From positions 1-27,468 of the forward strand of contig NW_021833351.1 of assembly GCF_006345805.1 (NCBI RefSeq): a stretch of DNA of 27,468 bases, read 5' to 3'. Source of the stretch: Octopus sinensis. Lineage: Eukaryota. This document shows positions 12,747 to 24,560 of the stretch, one piece after another (the first letter of the stretch is position 1; the number at the start of each line of letters is the position of its first letter). The notes below the pieces were generated by a model, which did not search any database, was not told where the DNA came from, and was given only the letters and a program-made list of their open reading frames with translations. The translations under genes were made by a program, and so were the position numbers.

Positions 12747-12850
12747 AGAATTTTCTAAAACATTCTGGAAGATTCAAGAACTTTTGAAAAGGTTCTAAAA
12801 GTTTCAAGAATCTCGAGAACATTTTGGAAACGTAGATAGCAGCATAAATA
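12747..12850 (+). promoter_or_regulatory. Phased heat-shock-element-like (nGAAn) array with a downstream TATA-like box
   Basis: GAA and TTC alternate every 5 bp from 12748 to 12810, including a perfect TTCtgGAAgaTTCaaGAA at 12763-12780. CATAAATA lies at 12843-12850. Confidence 0.45.
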
Positions 12851-12998
12851 CAAGGATCGTAAGCTCAACAGTTCAGTTAACTTCTACCTGTCCAGGTGGA
12901 GACAAGTTTGAGAAAAGCAAAGGTTGAAGGAAATATTAGCCATTTTCATACTTTTTAAGGGTAAACAAATAGGAAATAACAGTTGCTACCCAAGAACA

Positions 12999-13340
12999 TG
13001 AAGGTGTATGGCTCAGTGGCTAGAGAGTAGGGCTCACAATCATAAGGTACTGAGTCGATTCCCAGACTGGGCTCAGTGTTGTGTTCTTGAGCAAGGCACT
13101 TTATTTCACGTTGCTCCAGTTCACTCCGCTGCAAGAATAAGTTGCGACGTCACTGGCTCCAAGCTGTATCAGCCTTTGCCTTTCCCTAGGATAACATCGG
13201 TGGCATTGAGAGCGGAAGATGGTATGCAGCTGTGACTGCTGGTCTTCCATAAACAACCTTGCCGGGACTTGTTCCTCGGAGGGTAACTTTCTAGGTGCAA
13301 TCCCATGGTCATTCAAGACCGGTGGGGGTCTTTACCTTTT
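12999..13340 (+). mobile_element. tRNA-derived SINE family C with a 12-bp target-site duplication
   Basis: A box tggctcagtgg, B box gagtcgattccc and core cttgagcaaggcactttatttcacgttgctccagt. TACCCAAGAACA occurs at 12987-12998 and 13341-13352. Confidence 0.85.
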
Positions 13341-13466
13341 TACCCAAGAACAAAAATCGCTTTACACAGAGTTATAGCTTTGCTCAATCAAACTTATGAT
13401 CGAGTGTGTCCTCGTGCATAAACTTTAGCTAGGCGACTCCAGTACAACATGCTGCCAGTAAAAAAT

Positions 13467-13760
13467 GCATACATACAAGCATACAAACATACATACATAC
13501 ACACATACATGCATACACACACACACACATACATACATACATACATACATACAAGCATACATACATGCATACATACAAGCATACATACATACATACAAGC
13601 ATACATACATGCATACGTACAAGCATACATACATACATACATACACACATACATGCATACATACGCACACACATACATACATACATACATACATACATAC
13701 ATACATACATACATACATACATACATACATACAATGCATACAAATATACATACATACATA
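13467..13760. repeat. (CATA)n microsatellite
   Basis: Direct reading. Confidence 0.92.
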
Positions 13761-14415
13761 CGCGAGTGAAACAGTAAAATGACTTTTCTCAAAAACGACT
13801 TTTCTCAAGTTCCAAATGTGAATTTGTCTGTGTTAAGTACATCCCAAAGATGGAGCCTTGTGTCTTTGATGCAAACCGGCTCCTCCCTCCTCAACGGAAG
13901 TTTTATAATAATTAAAAAATAGAAGAGACATACATATGACTATGTATATTCATCTTTCTATGTGTGTGCACATGCGCACACATGCACACACATAGAAAAA
14001 TGCAAACACGTATTCATATATACAAAATTCTTCCAAGGTGGTGCCCCAACATGGCCGCAGTCCAATGACTGAAAAAAGTAAAAAATAAATGATGAAAGAT
14101 ACCAAAAGGGACGAAATAGGTTCTTGTTTGTGATGCAAAGGACACTTCTATTTTATTTGTATTAAGGGTTACGGCCAGGCGATCATACGGCCTCGGTGAA
14201 CATGTCTTTCGAAACCTCGCTGACAGTCGCCATCATATACAGGCAGACTCCAACAGTAAGCTCTAATTAGTTATAGAGCACTCTCAGTGAATAAACCTCT
14301 TGCGAGGATCGCGCCAGTCTATTAAGCAGATCTTTGAAGGGGGAGGGGTGTTTCCTGTGTGCGTCTCCGTCAATGTTTGCTTAATCATGTGAAAGCAGCA
14401 CAAACATAATTAAGA

Positions 14416-16460
<2,045 letters not shown>

Positions 16461-16953
16461 CTGTGTGCGACTGTGTTGTACCCTAGCGTCTGCACGCATG
16501 CGTATGACACCGTGTGTTTGTGTGGGAAGAAGCGTGCGCGTGCGCGTGCAGGTTGATGTGATGTGTATGGTCGTTGGCATTGTTGTTGTTTTTTCCTTCA
16601 CTTCAAGATCATAAAATCTATGATCTTTCTTTTCAGGCCTTGTGTATCTAGCTCCACATTATCCATTGAGTACCTCCACATTGAAGACTGGTGTGAGTCT
16701 GAGTTTGAGAAACAGGATTTGACTGCTATTTCTAGCAAATCGTCAGGAAGGGGCAAGAGGGGGGAACATTATATCTATTGGTTGCATAGTTAAGATATCG
16801 GTTTCACATCCAATTGATTCGAGTTCGATTTTACTGAGCGATGGAATTTTATGAATGAAATTTCGTTGGTGGGAACAAGTCAGATACCTGTATATACATA
16901 CATACATACATACATACATACATACATACATACATACATACACACTCTACAAC

Positions 16954-17020
<67 letters not shown>

Positions 17021-17445
17021 TATATATATATATATATAATAAGCTAATTTAATCATAATACCATACGATGCATCGTCAAAAGTTATTAGGGTAAATGTTT
17101 TTAAATTTTCACCTAATTCTGAATTACTAACTACTTGGCGGTGTGATTGTATGGCGCTCTTTCTTGTGGACGAATGGCCTGTTAAGGGCACTCCTAAATG
17201 TTATATCTATATATTTTATCTTTGACTATTTTCTCTTTCCACTAGCCGACTGGTAGCGATAAATTTCCTATTGAATTTTTTGCTACCCTATTGACTAATT
17301 TAATTTTCGAATAATTCTGAGATTGAATCGGCAGTTTATTTTACTGCTGATAAGTTTGGCGCGAATACGTCGGTCTTAAAATTTTTAAGACAGATATTCG
17401 GAGGCATCGATACAGACGCCTCGTGTATATTTATCGCTCCCAGGT

Positions 17446-17543
17446 TTTTTACTGATGAAGTGTGACCTATGGTAGATTAGCTTAATTTAATTTATTAAGC
17501 TAATTAATCATTAATAACACAGAAACGATGCATCGTCTAAAAG
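17446..17543 (+). ncRNA. Type I hammerhead ribozyme (array copy 1)
   Basis: tttta-CTGATGA(17452-17458)-long stem II-GAAA(17522-17525)-CGATGCATCG palindromic stem III-TC/taaaa. Predicted cleavage is after GUC at 17537. Confidence 0.75.
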
Positions 17544-18367
17544 TTGAATTAGGGTAAATGTTTTTAATTTTCACCTATTTCTGAATTACTACTACTTGGC
17601 GGTGTGAGTTATGGCTGCTCTTTCTGGTGGACGAATGGCCTGTTAAGGGTCACTCCTAATTGTTATATTTATATATTTAGTCTTTGACTATTTTCTCTTT
17701 TCCACTAGGCCGCTGTAGCGATAAATTCTATTGAATTTTTTGCTACCTAAATTGACTAATTGATATTTTCTGAATAATTCTGAGATTGAATCGGCAGTTT
17801 ATATTTACTGCTGATAAGTTTGGCGCGAATATGTCGGTCTTGAAAATTTTAAGACAGATATTCCGAGGGCATCGATACAGACGCCTCGTGTATATTTTCT
17901 CTCGGTTTTTTGTACTGATGCGTGACCTATGGTAGATTAGCTTAAGTTAATTTAATTAACTAATTTATCATTAATAACACAGAAACGATGCTCGTCTAAA
18001 TTGAATTAGGGTAAATGTTTTTAAATTTTCACCTAATTTCTGAATTACTACTACTTGGCGGTGTGAGTTATGGCTGCTCTTTCTGGTGGACGAATGCCTG
18101 TTAAGGGTCACTCCTAAATTGTTATTTTATATATTTAGTCTTTGACTATTTCCTTTTCCACTAGGCGCTGGTACGATAAATTTCTATTGAATTTTTGCTA
18201 CCCTAAATTGACTAATTGATAATTTTCTGAATAATTCTGAGATTGAATCGGCAGTTTATATTTACTGCTGATAAGTTTGGCGCGAATACGTCGGTTTTGA
18301 AAATTTTAAGACAGATATTCCGGAGGCATCGATACAGACGCCTCGTGTATATTTGTCTCTCCCAGTT

Positions 18368-18466
18368 TTTTTACTGATGAAGTGTGACTATGGTAGATTA
18401 GCTTAATTTAATTTAATTAAGCTAATTTAATCATTAATAACACAGAAACGATGCATCGTCTAAAAG
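18368..18466 (+). ncRNA. Type I hammerhead ribozyme (array copy 3)
   Basis: CTGATGA at 18374-18380, GAAA at 18445-18448, GUC ending 18460, stem I tttta/taaaa. Confidence 0.75.
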
Positions 18467-18836
18467 TTGAATTAGGGTAATGTTTTTAAATTTTCACCTA
18501 ATTTCTGAATTACTACTACTTGGGCGTGTGAGTTATGGCTGCTCTTTCTGGTGGACGAATGGCCTGTTAAGGGTCACTCCTAAATTGTTATATTTATATA
18601 TTTAGTCTTTGAATTTTCTCTTTTCCACTAGGCCGCTGGTAGCGCTGAGCGATAAATCCTATTGAATTTTTTGCTACCCTAATTGACTAATGATAATTTT
18701 CTGAATAATTCTGAGATTGAATCGGCAGTTATATTTACTGCTGATAAGTTTGGCGCGAATACGTCGGTCTTGAAATTTTAAGACAGATATTCCGGGGCAT
18801 CGATACAGACCCTCGTGTATATTTGTCTCTCCCAGG

Positions 18837-18937
18837 TTTTTACTGATGAAGTGTGACCTATGGTAGATTAGCTTAATTTTAATTTAATTAAGCTAATTTA
18901 ATCATTAATAACACAGAAACGATGCATCGTCTAAAAG
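18837..18937 (+). ncRNA. Type I hammerhead ribozyme (array copy 4)
   Basis: CTGATGA at 18843-18849, GAAA at 18916-18919, GUC ending 18931. Confidence 0.75.
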
Positions 18938-19301
18938 TTGAATTAGGGTAATGTTTTTAAATTTTCACCTAATTTCTGAATTACTACTACTTGGCGGTGT
19001 GAGTTATGGCTGCTCTTTCTGGTGGACGAATGGCCTGTTAAGGGTCACTCCTAAATTGTTATATTTATATATTTAATATATGATAATTTCCCTTTTCCAC
19101 TAGGCCGCTGGTAGCGATAAATTCATTGAATTTTTTGCTACCCTAAATTGACTAATTGATATTTTTCTGAATAATTCTGAATTGAATCGGCAGTTTATTT
19201 TACTGCTGATAAGTTGGCGCGATACTCGGTTTTGAAAATTTTAAACAGATATTCCGGAGGCATCGATACAGACGCCTCGTGTATATTTGTCTCTCCCAGG
19301 T

Positions 19302-19399
19302 TTTTTACTGATGAAGTGTGACCTATGGTAGATTAGCTAATTTTAATTAATTAAGCTAATTTATCATTAATAACACAGAAACGATGCATCGTCTAAAAG
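19302..19399 (+). ncRNA. Type I hammerhead ribozyme (array copy 5)
   Basis: CTGATGA at 19308-19314, GAAA at 19378-19381, GUC ending 19393. Confidence 0.75.
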
Positions 19400-19601
19400 T
19401 TGAATGTATTAGGGTAAATGTTTTTAAATTTTCACTAATTTCTGAATTACTACTACTTGGCGGTGTGAGTTATGCTGCTCTTTCTGGTGGACGATGGCCT
19501 GTTTAGGTCACTCCTAAATTGTTATATATATATATATATTATATATTATATATTATATATTATATATATATATATATATATTCAAATATATATATACATA
19601 C

Positions 19602-19631
<30 letters not shown>

Positions 19632-19633
<2 letters not shown>

Positions 19634-20033
19634 TTCCTTACTACACACAAGGGGCTAAACATAGAGAGGACAAACAAGGACTGATAAATGGATTACATCG
19701 ACCCCAGTGCGTAACTGGTACTTAATTTAACGACCCCGAAAGGATGAAAGGCAAAGTCGACCTCGGCGGAATTTGAACTCAGAAAGTAGCGGCAGACGAA
19801 ATACCTATTTCTTTATTACCCACAAGGGGCTAAACACAGAGGGGACAAACAAGGACAGGCATAGGTATTAAGTCGATTACATCGACCCCAGTGCGTAACT
19901 GGTACTTAATTTATCGACCCCGAAAGGATGAAAGGCAAAGTCGACCTCGGCGGAATTTGAACTCACAACGTAACGCAGACGAAATACCGCTAAGCATTTC
20001 GCCCGGCGCGCTAACGTTTCTGCCCGCTCGCCT
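19632..20033 (-). mobile_element. SINE family A head-to-tail dimer (full copy 19806-20033 plus headless copy 19632-19805)
   Basis: Two near-identical cores (gaccccgaaaggatgaaaggcaaagtcgacctcggcggaatttgaactca) about 185 bp apart. Confidence 0.85.
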
Positions 20034-20045
20034 GATATATATATA

Positions 20046-20080
<35 letters not shown>

Positions 20081-20092
20081 ATATTATATATA

Positions 20093-20126
<34 letters not shown>

Positions 20127-20695
20127 TCAGTTGAATTAGGTACGTAAGATTCAGTTGAATTAGTACGTAAGTTGAGGCACCAAGTCTGTCCAGTATTGTC
20201 CGCACACCTCGAAGTTAGGAGAATAAAAAGCAAATAAGTAACAAGGATTTCCAAGTATCGGTGCATCACGGCCGTTTCAAGCGGCTCCATTTAATCGATC
20301 AATGCAAACATTACATCAATTTGAAATAAACCGCTCTCCTCAGATGCGTACGACCATATAAATTTTTCCATTATAATTTTTGAGCAAATATTTCATCAGT
20401 ACTAGGGACTAGTACATGGTTTCTTTTTGCTATTATTTGTATCAGAATGAATTTAGGGATAAAATACCTAAAGCCTACAATGATTTAGAGTGGCTAAAAA
20501 AAGAGTCTTTTCATTAAAGGTGCGAAACTGAGTATTACCATTCAAGTCGATAACTGATGAAGAATTAGGGACCCTCTGTGTCTTATACGTATACGGTTGT
20601 TTACCTGTCGTTGTTTATTTACAATGCATTTATATCAACTTTAAACAGAGTCTGGATAGATTCCTTCAAAGAATACCAGATAAGCCACCCATAAT

Positions 20696-20808
20696 TGGAT
20701 ACAACTCACCCAACAAGAACTCACTACTTGAACAAAACTGGATACAACTCACCCAACAAGAACTCACTACTTGAACAAAACTTGACTTAAACAAAACTTG
20801 ACTTAAAC
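20696..20808. repeat. Perfect 43-bp tandem duplication followed by a 16-bp duplication
   Basis: tggatacaactcacccaacaagaactcactacttgaacaaaac x2, then aacaaaacttgactta x2. Confidence 0.9.
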
Positions 20809-20893
20809 AGGATTCGAATAATCCTATCAGGTGGTGCTATTAAGTTAGACATGGCCTGGACCAATCTTGGTCGAAACATATCTAGTTTATCTA

Positions 20894-20948
<55 letters not shown>

Positions 20949-20951
20949 ATA

Positions 20952-21000
<49 letters not shown>

Positions 21001-21002
<2 letters not shown>

Positions 21003-22113
21003 TAAGGGTAGAAATTGATATTAATCAATTAAAACCAGTGGCTTAACATATTTTTAAAAGTCCGAAGATTAAAAATTGTGTTACATACAAAATTTAGAGG
21101 ACTGACCGCTAAAAGTGGACAGCCTATATGCTAAACATAGACGTCAAATCGCCATTACCACGAAGAATGTGTTCTCTAGAAAAATCTCAGCAAAAAAGAC
21201 AAAATGTAAAAATAAGTAAAACAAATGAAAATATACGAAATATAAAACGATTACCTATGTACCATTGGTTTCACTTGTTAATATTTACGTATATGGACAC
21301 GCAAACATCTGCAAGATCATCAGCATAGTCTGTCGTTTACAAAACACAATTTCCAGAACTAGATACAGAACATAAATGACAGACTATACTGATGATCTTG
21401 CAGATGTTTGTGTGTCCATATACGTGAATATTAACAATGGTACATAGGTAATCGTTTTCTGTCCACTTTTAGCGTAACAAATTGCTTACTTTAGGTAACA
21501 AATTACTTACTCGGAATAAAAATTCAGTATTTTTAAATGATTTGCTTTGAAGTTTTGCATTCGGTAAATTTTTTTTTATTTTAGTAGTTTTGACCGCATT
21601 TGTCCCTCTTAGCGTATGGTATCTACGAATAGTAGTACCCTCAATATAATATAAATAAATATTTTCAAAGTGGAAAAATTTACCGATTTTTTCTCTTACG
21701 AGGTTTTTCACGCTAACTACTGATAATTTCTTTTAAAGATTTTATCCTCAATTGTTAATATATTTTCATTTGCTTTGCTTATTTTTACATATTGGTTTTC
21801 TGTTGAATTTTTCTGTCCACTTTTACGTAACAAATTGCTTACTTTAGGTAACAAATTACTTACTCGGAATAAAAATTCAGTATTTTTTAAATGATTTGCT
21901 TTGAAGTTTTGCATTCGGTAAAATTTTTTTTTATTTTAGTAGTTTTGACCGCATTGGTCCCTCTTAGCGTATGGTATCTACGAATAGTAGTACCCTCAAT
22001 ATAATATAAATAAATATTTTCAAAGTGGAAAAATTTACCGATTTTTTCTCTACGAGGTTTTTCACGCTAACTACTGATAATTTCTTTTAAAGATTTCATC
22101 CTCAATGTTAATA
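21001..22113. mobile_element. Penelope-like terminal-repeat relic: inverted repeat (21244-21339 / 21373-21458) followed by a 354-bp direct duplication (21457-22113)
   Basis: The inverted arms carry the HHR. ctgtccactttta recurs at 21459 and 21813. Segments 21107-21122 and 21178-21234 are reverse-complement matches to parts of the direct-repeat unit. The block is flanked by (TA)n. Confidence 0.6.
21255..21328 (-). ncRNA. Type I hammerhead ribozyme, second family, sense to the host gene
   Basis: The minus strand reads ctatg-CTGATGA-tcttgcagatgtttgcgtgtccatatacgtaaatattaacaagt-GAAA-ccaatgg-TA/catag. Stem I is a perfect 5 bp, stem II is G-U rich, stem III is acca/tggt, and the triplet is GUA. 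Confidence 0.75.
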
Positions 22114-22122
22114 TATATATAG

Positions 22123-22193
<71 letters not shown>

Positions 22194-22199
22194 TATATA

Positions 22200-22380
22200 T
22201 ATTGATAAAAATGGTAAGACAACAAAAGAATGAAAGAGACCTCGAAATTATGTAAATAGACAAATTTATCTGTAAATGTAATATGTGACAATTATTCGGT
22301 AGCCATGATAAAACACCGAGTTTCGGATGCGGAGGTGGAAATCCACGCCGCCATCTCTTCAGTTATCAGACCATCGAGAA
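22200..22380 (-). mobile_element. HHR-bearing interspersed repeat (Penelope-like), same family as the fragments at 10090-10168 and 10283-10420
   Basis: Shares ttccacctc.gcatccgaaactc and gaataat.gtcacatatt..tttacagataaattt with those fragments, and ends in (TA)n. Confidence 0.6.
22306..22368 (-). ncRNA. Type I hammerhead ribozyme, third family, sense to the host gene
   Basis: The minus strand reads tgataa-CTGAAGA-gatggcggcgtggatttccacctccgcatcc-GAAA-ctcggtg-TT/ttatca. Stem I is a perfect 6 bp, stem II is GC rich, and stem III is weakened. Confidence 0.68.
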
Positions 22381-22483
22381 AATACTATGAAAAATAACCG
22401 TTATACAAAGGGAAATTACTGTGTGATTGACCGTTATTTAGACAAAAGAGCTATTTGAATTATAATAATAATAATAATAATAA

Positions 22484-23038
22484 ATGCCCTGTTGCAGAAC
22501 CAGGCAGTGGCTCTCATGGCTTCTGATCTTAATTGATTGGAAGTGTTATTATGTACATTGTTTTGTCTTGATATAAAAGATGGTATACAGCAAATATTCT
22601 GATCAATACCACAGACTTGCTTGTCAGTTGTTTGACCTTAACCAGTTGAGCATGTCCTTTGGTGGCTGACGATATGTGCATCTCTGATCACGAGCAGAAA
22701 TCATCGGGGAGCATCATAGCCATATTTGGAGAGGGATTCTTTGGGGTTTGAATAATTCACTTTGAAAACATGGGTGTTTCGTTCAGCATCCTTAAACAAC
22801 CCTCAGTCAAGGACCTTTTGAGCTGGATGGGTTACTCGAACAGAAGAAAATTCTAACCGGGCCCCACCTGCAAGGTCATGTGATGTTTATCTTGATATGA
22901 GATCACCATGTCGCGCACACATCGTTGTGATGCATGTACCTGGTGTACCCTTATCAGACGGGTAGTCATGATGGGTATACTGGCCTTCGTATATTTTACC
23001 CCAGTGTGACTTTGATGGCATGCACTGCTCTCTCATTC
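22484..23038 (+). mobile_element. Interspersed repeat embedded in (AAT)n, possibly the 3' end of a Dong/R4-type non-LTR element
   Basis: A 555-bp complex-sequence block bounded by (AAT)n on both sides (22462-22483 and 23039 onward), with no ORF. The family assignment is an inference from the target site. Confidence 0.45.
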
Positions 23039-23141
23039 AATAATAATAATAATAATAATAAATAATAATAATAATATAATAATATTAAAATAATAAATAA
23101 TAATAATAATAATAATAATAATAACGATAATAATAATAATA

Positions 23142-23188
<47 letters not shown>

Positions 23189-23192
23189 TGAT

Positions 23193-23238
<46 letters not shown>

Positions 23239-23270
23239 TAATAATAATAATAATAATAATAATGATAATA

Positions 23271-23324
<54 letters not shown>

Positions 23325-23406
23325 TAATAATAATAATGATAATAATAATGATAATAATAATGATAATAATGATAATAATAATAATATAATAATAATATTA
23401 ATAATA

Positions 23407-23441
<35 letters not shown>

Positions 23442-23445
23442 AATG
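23039..23445. repeat. (AAT)n/(GAT)n microsatellite
   Basis: Direct reading. Confidence 0.92.
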
Positions 23446-23473
23446 ATCTGCGATTTCTCTTTCCATCACTTAC

Positions 23474-23727
23474 CTTTGTCATTCCAATAATACCGATGTT
23501 CCCACCGTAGGTGGTAGTAGCATGGCCGGCACCAAGTAAAGCATTAAAGAACGAACACGTGCCTTCGATGAAAAGACCGCGGTTTACTGCATGGACTGGT
23601 GGTGACGGTACCCGAGCGATCTGAGCGCATGCGTAGTAATCGCCAATTGAATCGATGATCGATATTATTGTAGCCACTAAGAAATTGACGAACATGCCTA
23701 TACTGAATTTCGGGTAGCCGAACTGCA
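23474..23727 (-). CDS. SLC23A: SLC23/NAT family transporter, internal exon 3 of 4 (LQFGYPKFSIGMFVNFLVATIISIIDSIGDYYACAQIARVPSPPVHAVNRGLFIEGTCSFFNALLGAGHATTTYGGNIGIIGMTK)
   Basis: Acceptor ttctttccccctcacAG and donor GTaagt. The exon is 254 nt, phase 1 in and phase 0 out. It contains 'SIGDYYACA', 'PP.HA.NRG..IEG' and the NAT signature N-x-G-x4-T-K. Confidence 0.97.
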
Positions 23728-23831
23728 CTGTGAGGGGGAAAGAAGAACCAGGAAATCTGAGAACGGCTTGATACATTGCTTTTAATATAGGTACAAGACC
23801 GCACACACATACACACATGTACATATCCATG

Positions 23832-23838
23832 TAGATAA

Positions 23839-23909
<71 letters not shown>

Positions 23910-23939
23910 TAGATAGATAGATAGATAGATAGGTAGGAG

Positions 23940-24031
<92 letters not shown>

Positions 24032-24180
24032 CAGATAATAGATAGATAGATAGATAGAGGATAGATAGATAGATAGATAGATAGATGACAGACAGACGAC
24101 AGATAGATAGATATCGATACATACCTACATACATACATACATACAGACAACAACATACATACACATACATTACATACACA
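23832..24180. repeat. (GATA)n/(CATA)n microsatellite
   Basis: Direct reading. Confidence 0.92.
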
Positions 24181-24514
24181 TACTTATTATTATATGGGCT
24201 GCCACCTCGTTATCGAGTATGGCCATTGCACGAAGCTTAACTGTTACTGGTGCTGTGATCGAATGTGACTTTTTAGCCCAGCTAAAGATCTACAATGTCT
24301 TGTACGAAATTGGCAACTAAAACCTTTACTGGTAATAGTCGTCATGTACCTTTGCATGTCGTTTAAGTCCTCCTGCCGAATTACACTCTCTTCCACATGC
24401 CCGACAGATATGATTAGTATGGTGTTTTACACCACCACCAAGTAGCCAGGTTGTCACTCATCTGTCTCGTTTTATGACTACATACATACATACATACATA
24501 CATACATACATACA

Positions 24515-24546
<32 letters not shown>

Positions 24547-24560
24547 CATACATACATACG

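Larger units (their letters stand above)
17040..19525 (+). repeat. Tandem array of ~5.3 x ~465-bp units, each with a hammerhead ribozyme motif (retrozyme or Penelope-like)
   Basis: The cleavage-site C recurs at 17077, 17537, 17996, 18460, 18931 and 19393 (period 459-471). The array is flanked by (TA)n on both sides and has no long ORF. Confidence 0.92.

Noticed and set aside
12999-13075. tRNA genes at the SINE heads (also 24815-24888 and 25933-26005)
   Set aside because: A and B boxes are present but there is no full cloverleaf, and each continues into a shared SINE core.
20520-20566. Possible further hammerhead (GAAActgagTA..gataaCTGATGA, type II order)
   Set aside because: Stem II cannot pair and stem I has a mismatch, so it is at most a decayed relic.
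23033-23830. 265-aa ORF as a complete gene
   Set aside because: Only 23474-23727 is exon, and the rest is intronic read-through into repeats.
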